64,000 nucleotides of DNA from Fervidobacterium sp. (GTDB lineage: Bacteria; Thermotogota; Thermotogae; Thermotogales; Fervidobacteriaceae): NCBI GenBank assembly GCA_049970055.1, contig JBMFNR010000001.1:224001-288000 (forward strand). Direction: 5' to 3'. The position numbers and the translations under genes are program-made. Positions 39,519 to 49,775 of this stretch are shown in pieces. The notes below the pieces were generated by a model, which was given only the letters and a program-made list of their open reading frames with translations, did no database searches and had not been told where the DNA came from. How positions within the stretch are numbered: the stretch's first letter is position 1; every line of letters starts with the position of its first letter.

Positions 39519-40169
39519 TTATTCTTTACTCTTAATTTCAACAAGCTTTTTAACTTTTGAAAGGTACTTTTGTCTCTCGTATTTTAAACGCTCAGCATGT
39601 ATAATTGAAGAAAGATTTCGTATAGACTCCTCAAGGTCTTCGTTTATTATAAGATATTCGAATTCGGGAATATACGCTAATTCCTTTTTGGCTGTTTCAA
39701 GTCTTTTTTGGATCTTTTCCTCAGTTTCCGTACCACGCTTTCTCAGACGTTCACTGAGAACTTCGTAACTCGGTGGTGCAACAAATATGAACTTTGCATT
39801 ATTCCAATTTTTTTTTACCGTTAAAGCTCCTTGGACATCTATATCAAGTATGACATCGTAACCTTCATTTATATTTTCCCACACGAAATCGGCGGGAGTT
39901 CCGTAAAAATTATCGTGTACTTGAGCCCATTCAATAAATTTATTCTCATCAATCATCTTTTTGAACTTTTCGTGACTGATAAAGAAGTAATCGACTCCGT
40001 GTATTTCACCAGGTCTTTGCTTACGTGTCGTACATGATACGGAAAAAACAACACGCTCTACACGTTCCAAAACAGATCGTATTATGCTTGTCTTACCAAC
40101 TCCGCTGGGGCCACTTATCACGAAGAGTATACCTTTCGGATGCTGCAAATGCTCAAACGAGCTATCCAT
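39519..40169 (-). CDS. gmk: Guanylate kinase
   Basis: [34 protein letters not shown]. Confidence 0.95.
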   Translation of the reverse strand: MDSSFEHLQHPKGILFVISGPSGVGKTSIIRSVLERVERVVFSVSCTTRKQRPGEIHGVDYFFISHEKFKKMIDENKFIEWAQVHDNFYGTPADFVWENINEGYDVILDIDVQGALTVKKNWNNAKFIFVAPPSYEVLSERLRKRGTETEEKIQKRLETAKKELAYIPEFEYLIINEDLEESIRNLSSIIHAERLKYERQKYLSKVKKLVEIKSKE

Positions 40170-40175
40170 GGTTTA

Positions 40176-40457
40176 TTAACCCTTTCTTATCCTTTCAAGT
40201 TGTTTTTCAATTTCGGCCATGGATTCTATGAATCTTTGAGCAATTGTTTCAGGTTGAATAGCGCTAAGAATAATATGGTTAGAGTCTGTTATAAGGATCG
40301 ATCTTGTTTTTCTTCCATAAGTTGCATCTATGAGCTTTCCTTCTTCTTTCGCATCTTCTTTCAATCTTTTAAGTGGTGCACTTTCGGGATTAACAATTGC
40401 GATAACTCTGTCACCTGCAATCACATTTCCAAATCCTATGTTTATTAAGCCAAACAT
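40176..40457 (-). CDS. remA: RemA/DUF370 family protein
   Basis: [35 protein letters not shown]. Confidence 0.88.
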   Translation of the reverse strand: MFGLINIGFGNVIAGDRVIAIVNPESAPLKRLKEDAKEEGKLIDATYGRKTRSILITDSNHIILSAIQPETIAQRFIESMAEIEKQLERIRKG

Positions 40458-40499
40458 AAAACACACCTCCCGAATTATGGTGAAATTTTTGTAATACGA

Positions 40500-41375
40500 T
40501 TACTCTATGTTCATTATTTGCTCTCTGAATTGAGAAATAACGTATTTACCTTCCAGTGCTAAATTGCTGATAATCAATGACCTGCTTTTTGAAAGTATAG
40601 TGTTGAATTCGCGTTGTATCTCTTGCGACAAAAAGTTAAGCATATCTCCTACAGGCTCATCTTTATCCAAAAGCTCATCAACACGTTGCAGGTGACTTTC
40701 CAAACGTGTTATCTCTTCTCTTATGTCAGCCCTGTCCGCTATTAGAGCAGCTGCATTCTCGAAAAGTTCCTTATTTATTTCCACGTCCTCCGGTAGTATC
40801 TCACGTATATTCGTTCTGATTCTTTCCGCCACATATTTTGGAACTTCATCTGCTCTTTCCCGAATACTTGATAAAATCGTCTTCATCTTTTCATTCATAC
40901 TGAGTAAGTCTTTTGTTAACTTTTCTCCTTCAATCTTTCTTTCACCTACAACTTTTTTCAGTGCTTCTTCGAGGACCTTCACCACAACATTCCAAGTAGA
41001 TTCTATCTCTTCGGTAGAGAATTCGAATTGGAAAATATCGCGGAAATTCAGCAGATGACTTAACTCAACAGGTACAGGAATACCTAGGTTCTCCCTGATT
41101 TCCGATAGCATATCGTAGTATGTTTTAACTAGCGAGTAATCTATAGAAAGTTGCACAGGTTTTATGAATTTAACCCAAATTCTAACAGAAACTTTTCCCC
41201 TACTTATATACTCTCTAACTTTTGCTATTGTATCGAGTTCTTTTGAATTCAGAAAGTATGGCAAAGATACATCAACGTTAAATCCCTTTGAATTAAGTGA
41301 TTTAACCTCGCACGTAATTTTGTAATCTTCTAAGATTTTTTGAATTTTTGCGTATCCAGTCATACTTTTTGGCAT
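40500..41375 (-). CDS. YicC/YloC family endoribonuclease
   Basis: SMTGY, RGKV, DIREEITRL.SH, QEIQREFNT, REQIMNIE. Confidence 0.9.
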   Translation of the reverse strand: MPKSMTGYAKIQKILEDYKITCEVKSLNSKGFNVDVSLPYFLNSKELDTIAKVREYISRGKVSVRIWVKFIKPVQLSIDYSLVKTYYDMLSEIRENLGIPVPVELSHLLNFRDIFQFEFSTEEIESTWNVVVKVLEEALKKVVGERKIEGEKLTKDLLSMNEKMKTILSSIRERADEVPKYVAERIRTNIREILPEDVEINKELFENAAALIADRADIREEITRLESHLQRVDELLDKDEPVGDMLNFLSQEIQREFNTILSKSRSLIISNLALEGKYVISQFREQIMNIE

Positions 41376-41406
41376 ATAATGAGCCTCCTAGGTTTTCCTT
41401 AGTTAT

Positions 41407-41435
41407 ATTATACATGAAATTTCCAAAAATTCCAA
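41407..41435 (-). promoter_or_regulatory. Putative sigma-70 promoter of yicC-remA-gmk-rpoZ
   Basis: Minus strand TTGGAA-N17-TATAAT. Confidence 0.6.
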
Positions 41436-41460
41436 GTATTTCACAAAAAATTAAAAATAT

Positions 41461-41483
41461 GTGCGGAAGAAACTCTTCCGCAC
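41461..41483 (-). terminator. Intrinsic terminator after tkt
   Basis: GTGCGGAAGA-AAC-TCTTCCGCAC with ATATTTTT on the minus-strand 3' side. Confidence 0.8.
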
Positions 41484-41493
41484 GTTAATACTA

Positions 41494-43377
41494 TTATTTA
41501 CAACTTAATTTATCATATATCGTTTCTGCAATCTTTTCTCCACTGAGATTATAAATTTCGAACAGCAATTTTGAATCACCTGAGACGGGGAACTCAGATA
41601 GCCCAAATCTTATGAATTTACCTGGTAAAATTCCCAGATCAAAATACTTCTGAGCAATTAAACTTCCAAGCCCGTTAAAAATATTGTGATCTTCAACAGT
41701 TACGACAAAGTTTGAGTATTTTTTCAATATCTCTTCATCCAAATCGTAAGGGCAACTAACATTTATCACTGCGAAGTTTACACCTTTTGATTTTAGAATT
41801 TCTTGAGCCTTCAGCACATTTGGTACAACGGAACCTAAACAGTAAATTACGCCATCTTCTCCATTCCGCAATATATCCATTTTCCCATACTCGAATTTGT
41901 AATTTTCATCATAAAATAAACTTCCGTCTTCTTTTCTTATAGGTTCAAGTTTACTTCTACCCATTGCAACTACATAATTTCCGTACAGGCTCGCTACGTA
42001 TCTTACCACTCTATCTGTTTGATTAGGATCGGCCGGTACGATTACTTTGAATCCATACCATGCAAGTGGTGCACCAATGTAGTTCAGAGCATGGTGTGTC
42101 TTCCCATCTTCCCCAACATCGATGCCACAGTGCGTTACAACAACTTTCAAGTTCGTATTGTTAATCGCATTTAACCTATGTTGGTTAAATGTTTCATCAA
42201 TTCCGAAAACGCCAAAATCGGCGAAGAATGTTATTATGCCATCGGAAGACATCGCGCCAGCTATTGCAGCTGCGTTATGCTCTTGAACACCTAACTCAAC
42301 GATCCTGTCTGGCCTTTCTTTATCGAGAAAATCGAGTTTTACAGAACCTTTTAAATCGCAGTCCACCGCAACTACGTTATCGTTGATTACCGCAAGGTCC
42401 GCGATAGCTCTTCCAAGTGCGCTTCTATTATCCGCTGGCTTATCGTAAATTCTAACATTACCCGTGTTTATATTAACCTCGTACCATAATTTGATTTTTT
42501 CGTGAGTTTTGATAGGTAGTTTTTTTCTCATTTCGATGTATTTCTCAACATCGTTTTCTATACCAAGCTGTTTTAAAGCATTTTCAAGTTCTTCCTTGTT
42601 TAAAGGCTTTCCATGATAATCTGGCTTATCTTCCATAAAATCTACACCTTTACCCATTATCGTGTGGGCGATTATAGCAGTTGGATGTTGATCTCTTTTG
42701 GCAACTTTCAAAGCTGCAACTATCTGCTCATAATCATGACCGTCGATTTCAATTACCCTCCATCCTGCTGCTTCGAATTCTGACTTTATATCCACGTACA
42801 TAACATCGTGTGCATGTCCACTTATCTGTATATCGTTGTAATCAACAATGACGGTAAGATTATCTAGATTGTATTTTCTTGCCGTTCTTCTTGCCTCTTG
42901 AACTTGACCTTTTGCACTTTCACCGTCGCTCATGACGACGTAAACATGATAATTTTTCTTTTTGTACTTTGCTGCCAAAGCAAATCCGACACCAGCACTT
43001 AATCCTTGACCAAGGTTACCAGTTGTCCATTCAATTCCTGGAATACCACGCGTTATGTGACCTTCAAATACCGAAGCAGGATGCCTAAAGCCTGAGATAA
43101 CATCATCTCTGTTGACAAACCCATACGCTGCAAGCGTCGAATATACACCAGGTGAGATGTGTCCGTGGCTTACTATAATTCTATCTCTATCCTCATTCCA
43201 CGGATCCTTTGGATCAACGTTAGCAAATGCGTACAAGGTCACCAATATATCTATTGAAGACATCGAACCACCAGGATGACCGGAATTTGCTACGTAAGTC
43301 ATTTTCAAAATGTCTCCACGACACTCTTTGGCGATCTTTTGCAGTGTTGCTACATCGACTTTCATAGAATTTTCCAT
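41494..43377 (-). CDS. tkt: Transketolase
   Basis: SGHPGGS, SHGH, TGNLGQG, SDGE..N TPP motif, GEDGKTH. Confidence 0.9.
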   Translation of the reverse strand: MENSMKVDVATLQKIAKECRGDILKMTYVANSGHPGGSMSSIDILVTLYAFANVDPKDPWNEDRDRIIVSHGHISPGVYSTLAAYGFVNRDDVISGFRHPASVFEGHITRGIPGIEWTTGNLGQGLSAGVGFALAAKYKKKNYHVYVVMSDGESAKGQVQEARRTARKYNLDNLTVIVDYNDIQISGHAHDVMYVDIKSEFEAAGWRVIEIDGHDYEQIVAALKVAKRDQHPTAIIAHTIMGKGVDFMEDKPDYHGKPLNKEELENALKQLGIENDVEKYIEMRKKLPIKTHEKIKLWYEVNINTGNVRIYDKPADNRSALGRAIADLAVINDNVVAVDCDLKGSVKLDFLDKERPDRIVELGVQEHNAAAIAGAMSSDGIITFFADFGVFGIDETFNQHRLNAINNTNLKVVVTHCGIDVGEDGKTHHALNYIGAPLAWYGFKVIVPADPNQTDRVVRYVASLYGNYVVAMGRSKLEPIRKEDGSLFYDENYKFEYGKMDILRNGEDGVIYCLGSVVPNVLKAQEILKSKGVNFAVINVSCPYDLDEEILKKYSNFVVTVEDHNIFNGLGSLIAQKYFDLGILPGKFIRFGLSEFPVSGDSKLLFEIYNLSGEKIAETIYDKLSCK

Positions 43378-43440
43378 CTTTCTTCCCTCCATTTGATGAA
43401 CAGCTTTAGTTATTCTAGATTTATCTAAATCTATATGAAT

Positions 43441-44598
43441 TTATTCCAATGCGATCTCGTAAATCTTTCTAATATCTTCTTCCTTTAATTCCATTACGGT
43501 TCCAAATGGTGCATGCTTAATAGCATGTTGAACGAGTTTGTCTATATCTTCTCTTGCTATACCTACCTCCTTTAAAGTGACCGGGGCTCCCATTGATGAA
43601 TACCATTTTTTTAATTCTTCGATTGCTTTCTCCGGTGTGATAGGTTCTTCCAATCCAAAAATATTTTTACCAAATCTGATTAATTTATCAGCAATTTTGT
43701 CTTTCACATACATCATCCAGGCAGGGAATACGATGGCAAGTCCTGCCCCATGGGCAACTTCAGGCTTCAGTGCACTCAGTGAATGTTCAAGCTCGTGTGA
43801 AGACCAATCACCACCATTTGTCCCCATACCAGTTAGTCCATTGAGCGCTAGTGTTGTTGAAAGACAGAAGTTCGCTCTTGCTTCATAATCTTCGGGGTTA
43901 TTAGATATTTTTTGGGTTGTATCCATTAGGGTTCTTATTATGGCTTCATCTATTCTGTCTATTAATGAACTCCCTGATGTGTCAAAATAATATTCCATAA
44001 CATGACTTATCGCATCGATTGCACCGTAGACCACTTGCTCTTTTGGCAAAGAGTACTGGGTTGTTGGATCTACTATAGAAAGTACTGGATATGTATGTTT
44101 TGATCCAAAATAAAACTTTTCACCAGTTTGTTCATTGGTTACTACGGCATTTCCGTTCATCTCTGTACCGGTTGCAGACATTGTTAATATCACGTATAAA
44201 GGTAAAGCTTTTTTTATTGTATACTTTCCGATGAATGCATCCCATATATCACCATCGTAATAAAAACCAGCTGCGACGGCTTTTGCACTATCTACTACAC
44301 TTCCACCGCCGACTGCAAGGATAGCCTGTACTTCTTCTTTTTTAGCTAATTCGATTGCTTCATGGACCTTCGATAGTACAGGATTTGGTCTAACACCTGA
44401 AACTTCAACCTTTTTTATACCATTTTCAGTAATGGATCTTACAACCCTCTCGTACACACCGTTCCTTTTTATTGAACCACTGCCGTAGAGCAGAAGTATC
44501 TTTTTTATACCATCCTTTTTTAAATATTCACCTATCTTTTCGACCGTATTTTTACCAAAAACGAGTTTTGTCGGGTTATGGAAAACAAAGTTCTCCAT
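43441..44598 (-). CDS. Iron-containing alcohol (butanol) dehydrogenase, BdhA/YqhD-like
   Basis: NPTKLVFG, AVGGGSVVDSAK, ATGTEMN, DAISH, HELEH, HGAGLA. Confidence 0.9.
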   Translation of the reverse strand: MENFVFHNPTKLVFGKNTVEKIGEYLKKDGIKKILLLYGSGSIKRNGVYERVVRSITENGIKKVEVSGVRPNPVLSKVHEAIELAKKEEVQAILAVGGGSVVDSAKAVAAGFYYDGDIWDAFIGKYTIKKALPLYVILTMSATGTEMNGNAVVTNEQTGEKFYFGSKHTYPVLSIVDPTTQYSLPKEQVVYGAIDAISHVMEYYFDTSGSSLIDRIDEAIIRTLMDTTQKISNNPEDYEARANFCLSTTLALNGLTGMGTNGGDWSSHELEHSLSALKPEVAHGAGLAIVFPAWMMYVKDKIADKLIRFGKNIFGLEEPITPEKAIEELKKWYSSMGAPVTLKEVGIAREDIDKLVQHAIKHAPFGTVMELKEEDIRKIYEIALE

Positions 44599-44733
44599 GA
44601 AACTCACCTCCAAAGTATAAAAAGTTTGAAAATTCAAAGGGTTTGTAAGTTAACCAACTCATATTATACCACATGCTATGTTCGAATTCTATGTTAAAAG
44701 AATTGGTATATAATATAACTCGGAGGTGAATTC

Positions 44734-46026
44734 ATGATAAGCAGATTTGGAACTTTTATCATCTTTATAACGATTCTGATAATTGTTCAAGGTTTTAGTA
44801 TCACAATCCAACAGTACATAGCAAACTCTGGTGTTCCATCCTACAGTGTGGTAAGCGAAAGTAAGAGTATCTTTGACGGGAATATATTCATATTAGACTT
44901 GAAAAGCCAAGTGTGGAGAGGGATAGAATGGAATCATAAAGTTGCGGTATATATTCCTAAGAGATTGCTTTACAAGTCCCATGCGATTTTGTTTGTTACA
45001 GGTTCTGCACCAAAAAGTCTTGCTGATAATTTAAATCAGTACATAAATTTTGCAGAACTAACAGGCGCACCATTTGTAATTCTTTGGGATGTGCCAAATC
45101 AACCACTTTTCGGCTTAAAAGAGGATGCGCTTATAGCGTATACACTGGCAAAGTACTTTGAAAGTGGTGAAGAAGATTGGCCCATCTTATTGCCGATGGT
45201 AAAGAGCGTTGTTTCCACGATGGATTGTGTACAAGACCTTCTCAGAAAATTTGGTGTCGATGTTAAGAAGTTTTTCGTAACGGGTGCTTCAAAAAGAGGC
45301 TGGACCACGTACTTGGTTGGAGCAGTTGATAAAAGAGCTTTTGCTATAGCTCCTATTGTTTACGACAATTTAAACATGAGAGAACAGATGAAAAAACAAT
45401 TACAATATTATGGGAATTTTAGTGAGCAGATTAAAGATTACACTAAGTACGGCTTTACGGAGATGGTTGCATTTTCGCACGAAGTACCCGGGATAGTCAA
45501 AATAATTGACCCTTATTATTACGAGATTGAAAGTCCTAAACTCATAATAGCTGCGACAAATGATCCGTACTGGGTTGTAGATTCTTCTGAATTGTATTTT
45601 TACGATTTGAAAGATCCAAAATACGTACGGTTCATTCCGAACGAAGGACATAATATATCTAATGTATGGGAAGTATTGAATGCTATAAGGATTTTCTTCT
45701 GGCTTTCCATAAACGAAAAATTCCCCGACTTTACCTGGGAAATTAATGAAAATGGAATAGAAGTGATAACAAAAGAAGAGGTTGATTACGCAAAAGGTTG
45801 GTACGCGCTTTCGGATAACTTAGATTTTAGGAAATCTCCATGGAAGAGCTTAAACCTGGATATATTAAACCGAGATGGTAAGAATGTAGCTCATTTCTAC
45901 AAATCCCACATAGATAATACAAACAAAAATATTGCGATGATGGTGGAAATCGGACTTGTTGTAGATGGCTATAAAATAACACTAACAACTATTCCAAAAG
46001 TTTATAAAAATAGCAATGTGAAATAA
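44734..46026 (+). CDS. PhoPQ-activated pathogenicity (PqaA)-like secreted alpha/beta hydrolase
   Basis: Signal peptide; SQVWRG..W.H, VPNQP, EDALIAYT, PMVK, GASKRGWT, IDPY, PNEGH. Confidence 0.8.
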   Translation: MISRFGTFIIFITILIIVQGFSITIQQYIANSGVPSYSVVSESKSIFDGNIFILDLKSQVWRGIEWNHKVAVYIPKRLLYKSHAILFVTGSAPKSLADNLNQYINFAELTGAPFVILWDVPNQPLFGLKEDALIAYTLAKYFESGEEDWPILLPMVKSVVSTMDCVQDLLRKFGVDVKKFFVTGASKRGWTTYLVGAVDKRAFAIAPIVYDNLNMREQMKKQLQYYGNFSEQIKDYTKYGFTEMVAFSHEVPGIVKIIDPYYYEIESPKLIIAATNDPYWVVDSSELYFYDLKDPKYVRFIPNEGHNISNVWEVLNAIRIFFWLSINEKFPDFTWEINENGIEVITKEEVDYAKGWYALSDNLDFRKSPWKSLNLDILNRDGKNVAHFYKSHIDNTNKNIAMMVEIGLVVDGYKITLTTIPKVYKNSNVK

Positions 46027-46028
46027 AA

Positions 46029-46051
46029 AAGGTCACCTTAAAGGTGACCTT
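46029..46051. terminator. Terminator hairpin between convergent genes
   Basis: AAGGTCACCTT-A-AAGGTGACCTT, preceded by an A-run (U-tract on the minus strand). Confidence 0.75.
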
Positions 46052-46083
46052 CGGTGAATTTCTTTTAAAATAAGCAATCAGAT

Positions 46084-48591
46084 TTATTTAATTTCCAACC
46101 AACAATCGTCCATAATAAGAGGATCCGCTGGACTTCCACCACCCATAATGTAGGCTTTTGCCTCTTGCTGCAAAGGTCTAAATTTGCTTTCTATGCCATC
46201 GTAATCCCAACTTGTTATATAAATCGTCCAGTTTGCGAAATCGCTCGGATTACCAAGCCACTCACCCTTAATTATTATTTTCACCCAGCCATCCTCAACG
46301 AAAACCTCTGGAGAGCCAATTTGAGTACCGAACTTATCTTTTGTAGCTCCTTGTGAAACATAGATAGCACTTTGCCAACCAGTTGCAAAAACTTCGTAAT
46401 CCCAATCCCAGTCTGAGAATTCATAGTTCTGCAATGGCAAATACCCTACACCTTTTTTATTTGGATCATCTACGAAGATCTGATATGTAACATGGTCAAA
46501 TCCAAGAGGAGGGCCCCAGCTCTTTGTAAGATCACGTGGTTTAATAGATATAACTAACGTACTACCTATACTTTCTGCCCTTGCTTCAAGAATGTCCATT
46601 TGACGTTTGAACGTTGCATCAGTTGGATAAACGTACGTGTAATTAGGTCCGCAATCATCGTCCGATGGGTCTTTGGTTTCTGCAAGTATTTTCTTTTCGA
46701 GTTCGATGTTAATTTTAATCTCATCCGTGTAAACTGTGTCTTTCAACGATTTACCAACAGCCCTAATAAGTATTATATGTTCACCAGGATCTAACCTCAT
46801 CGGATCGATAATGAAAGAGAATTTACCATCTTTTGGTTCAATCTTTTGCTCGCTTTCAACTTTCCTATCAATATAAACGTACACAGTCTTTGCATTTGTT
46901 TCGCCTTTTATTTGGCGAATTTGTTTTATTTTTTCACCTGGTTGTATATCTACACTGATATTAATTTGGGCCCTATAGGCATCTGATTTTTCAGGTGAGA
47001 TGGCAAATACAGTGAGACTTCTTCCGGGAATCCTTAAAGTTATATATCCACTGTCTTTAACTACGATTGGAGTACTTGTCCCGCCTACGACGTTATAAAT
47101 AGGTTCAAGTGTTGTACCAGGTTCGTACGTTGATTTGAAATTCGCTATCCTCGGGTCACTTGAAGTGTTCAGCACAACGAGAAGTTCCTCTTGGGAACAC
47201 TTAAGTGTGTAAATTAGTAATCCTGACGATCTTTTTTCCGACAATAGTACTTTAACTTCGCCATACCTTGTTGCAGGATGAGTTTTTCTGAATTCTATTG
47301 CTTGTCTTATGAATTTATACATATTGCTATCTGTGTTAAAGTGATCTTCTCTATACGAGCCCCACCCGTTTTTAAACATAGATGCTCTTGTTTCGTAAAA
47401 ATATTGTTCTGTTCCGTAATATATCACAGGAAGGCCTGGAAGTGTTAATATTAATCCAAGAGCTTGCTGTGTGATATTTGGAGTAACACCCTTTCCAAAT
47501 CGTTCCATATCGTGATTGTCGACGAATGTTACAAGTAAGCCTTTCTTTAAAATCTCATTCCTTAATTCGAGTCTGTACGCAAGAAAATCCGTTGGTTGAC
47601 CACCTTTGATGACTCTTTTGATCTCCTCCATAAGTGTAAAGTCGAGCATAGCATTGAATCCGTGTTCAAAGTAAGATGCGATTTCGTAGTCTGATATAGA
47701 TTCATAAGGTTTAGACGAGAGCCATGTCTCGCCGAACGCGATGAAATCATTTTTTAAACTAAAAATTCCGTCTGGCGATTTCAAAAAGTCATCGAAAAAT
47801 GTCTTTGGAACGTACATTGCCGTGTCTACACGGAAACCATCGATGCCAACTTCCTTAATCCAGTAAGCGTACGAGTCTTTAAGCGCCTTCACAACTTCAG
47901 GATTTTCTGTATTCAAGTCATCAAGTCCACTCATTTGGTAGTTGAGTTTTTGTTCCAAGTCAGCGTAGTTATTTATATCTTGTGTCCAGTGATAAATGGC
48001 ACGTTTTTGTTGTTCTGGATCGTTGTAATTATTTAAATTAAATGGATATTGTGTTGGAGCAGACGTTGGTATACTTGCTGTATTTAATTCAAATTTTCCA
48101 TTTTTGAACCTAAAATAGTTTCCAACATGATTGACTACAATATCTTGTATGAGGTACATATTGTTTTTGTGGAGCACGTCAGCTAAAGCTTTGTAATCTT
48201 GCAAAGTACCGAAATGTTCATCAACTTTCTTAAAATCTCTCGCCCAATATCCGTGGTATCCACTGTAATTCACCCAAGGATCCCACCATTGATTAGCAAT
48301 AGGTGGTGTAATCCAAATACCGTCTATACCAAGCCCTTTGATGTAATCAATTTTATCAATGATACCTTTTAAATCTCCACCGCTGTATTTAGCTCCGTTG
48401 CTTGGATCGTACTCTACATTCGCCTGATTGTTATTAGTAGGGTCTCCGTCATTGAACCTATCGATCATTATCATGTACAAAACCCTGTCTGCCCAACTAT
48501 CTTTGAAAAGAGTTGCAACATCTGCAAACAAAAGAGCAAGTGCAAACAAAAACACAAAAGAAAAAACTTTTCTCAAAGAAATTTTTTCCAC
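46084..48591 (-). CDS. Secreted GH13 alpha-amylase/neopullulanase-like enzyme with C-terminal glucodextranase-type DOMON-like domain
   Basis: GTG start after GGAGG; signal peptide; DRFNDGD, YHGYW, DIVVNH, GFRVD, GETW, FVDNHD; C-terminal DP..DD.GP..Y.YPT. Confidence 0.85.
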   Translation of the reverse strand: MEKISLRKVFSFVFLFALALLFADVATLFKDSWADRVLYMIMIDRFNDGDPTNNNQANVEYDPSNGAKYSGGDLKGIIDKIDYIKGLGIDGIWITPPIANQWWDPWVNYSGYHGYWARDFKKVDEHFGTLQDYKALADVLHKNNMYLIQDIVVNHVGNYFRFKNGKFELNTASIPTSAPTQYPFNLNNYNDPEQQKRAIYHWTQDINNYADLEQKLNYQMSGLDDLNTENPEVVKALKDSYAYWIKEVGIDGFRVDTAMYVPKTFFDDFLKSPDGIFSLKNDFIAFGETWLSSKPYESISDYEIASYFEHGFNAMLDFTLMEEIKRVIKGGQPTDFLAYRLELRNEILKKGLLVTFVDNHDMERFGKGVTPNITQQALGLILTLPGLPVIYYGTEQYFYETRASMFKNGWGSYREDHFNTDSNMYKFIRQAIEFRKTHPATRYGEVKVLLSEKRSSGLLIYTLKCSQEELLVVLNTSSDPRIANFKSTYEPGTTLEPIYNVVGGTSTPIVVKDSGYITLRIPGRSLTVFAISPEKSDAYRAQINISVDIQPGEKIKQIRQIKGETNAKTVYVYIDRKVESEQKIEPKDGKFSFIIDPMRLDPGEHIILIRAVGKSLKDTVYTDEIKINIELEKKILAETKDPSDDDCGPNYTYVYPTDATFKRQMDILEARAESIGSTLVISIKPRDLTKSWGPPLGFDHVTYQIFVDDPNKKGVGYLPLQNYEFSDWDWDYEVFATGWQSAIYVSQGATKDKFGTQIGSPEVFVEDGWVKIIIKGEWLGNPSDFANWTIYITSWDYDGIESKFRPLQQEAKAYIMGGGSPADPLIMDDCWLEIK

Positions 48592-48694
48592 ACAATCGCC
48601 TCCATTTTTTAAAGTGACACACCTATTATACTCGATCCATATATCATTGTAACAAAAGTGTGGTATAATTTCCAAAAGAAGGAGGCGGTTTAGA

Positions 48695-49327
48695 ATGATA
48701 GAAGTTTTGGTAGTTGATGATGAAAAACATGTAAGAAACCTACTAGTAAAGATGATTTCAAGCGCGTTTGAATGTTCTCCTATGGAAGCTGAGAACGCGG
48801 AGGTTGCACTAAGCATATGTGAAAAGAAAAAATTTGACATAATTACCGCGGATATAAAACTAGGTGAAAATGATGAGATAAACGGAATTGATTTTGTTAA
48901 AAGGTTGAGGTTGAGAGGCATATTCACGCCCGTACTTATCATTTCAGCTCTTGCTACGGCTGAAGATATAGCTGAACTTTGCAAATATTCACCGATAGAT
49001 TATCTCGCTAAACCTTTTACTCAAGATGAACTGAAAAGAAAGATAAAAGGACTTTTAGATTTGAAAAAAGATAGTTTTGAGCGATATCTCAGAGAGGCGG
49101 AAGGTTTCATTCACTCAAACTTTCCAGGTGATCTTGATAAAGCAGAGCAGATAGTAAGAGCGATGTTTTCAATTATGCCTTCCTCGCCTATCCCGCATTA
49201 TCTAATGGCTGAGATCCTTGAAAAAAGAGGCAATAGCGAACTTGCTCAACGACACAGAGAAGCGGGTATGGCACTGGATGCGAATAAAAAAGGTTACAAA
49301 AGGGGTGAAGGTATTGAGATCGATTAA
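48695..49327 (+). CDS. Response regulator receiver domain with helical/TPR-like C-terminus
   Basis: VVDDE, IITAD phosphoacceptor, ISA, KPF; C-terminal PHYLMAEILEKRGNSELA. Confidence 0.82.
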   Translation: MIEVLVVDDEKHVRNLLVKMISSAFECSPMEAENAEVALSICEKKKFDIITADIKLGENDEINGIDFVKRLRLRGIFTPVLIISALATAEDIAELCKYSPIDYLAKPFTQDELKRKIKGLLDLKKDSFERYLREAEGFIHSNFPGDLDKAEQIVRAMFSIMPSSPIPHYLMAEILEKRGNSELAQRHREAGMALDANKKGYKRGEGIEID

Positions 49328-49775
49328 TTACAAGTTTTACGTTATCGTTGTTGGCTGTGGAAAAGTCGGTTTTGAAGTTGCTTATAGATTATCGAGCATC
49401 GGATTTAATGTTACCGTAATTGACAAAGATCCAAATACGTTATCAACGCTTCCGGAAGATTACGGTGGGTTTACAATTATAGGTGATGCAACGGAACGTG
49501 AAATAATGGAAAGAGCAAAGGCAATGAAAGCAGATATGCTTATCGCAACAACTGACGACGATACAACAAATTATTTTGTTTGCTTAGTTGGTGCGAAGAT
49601 CTTTGGAATACCAAGCGTGTTATCGCTTGTTAATAACCGTGAGAATTTAGCACTTTTTGAACGAAGTGGTATTAGTGTAATATCACCGTTAAGCCTTGCT
49701 GTAGAAAGTTTCGAAAGAATCATCCTCGAAGGTATTGAGCACTCATCGTTTTATTTGGATGGTGAGAGAAGATGA
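49314..49775 (+). CDS. trkA: TrkA family potassium-uptake subunit (RCK_N only)
   Basis: VVGCGKVG, VIDKD, GDAT, TDDDTTN. Confidence 0.85.
   Translation: MRSINYKFYVIVVGCGKVGFEVAYRLSSIGFNVTVIDKDPNTLSTLPEDYGGFTIIGDATEREIMERAKAMKADMLIATTDDDTTNYFVCLVGAKIFGIPSVLSLVNNRENLALFERSGISVISPLSLAVESFERIILEGIEHSSFYLDGERR

Noticed and set aside
44641..44660. Possible Rex operator upstream of the alcohol dehydrogenase gene
   Set aside because: TTGTAAGTTAACCAA does not fit the TTGTGAA-N4-TTCACAA length or sequence
48592..48984. 131-codon N-terminal extension of the GH13 ORF
   Set aside because: Antisense to the response regulator; GTG at 48591 has a GGAGG RBS and begins a signal peptide
49218..49313. Long overlap between the response regulator and trkA
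   Set aside because: TTG at 49314 with an upstream GGGGTG RBS gives a normal short overlap
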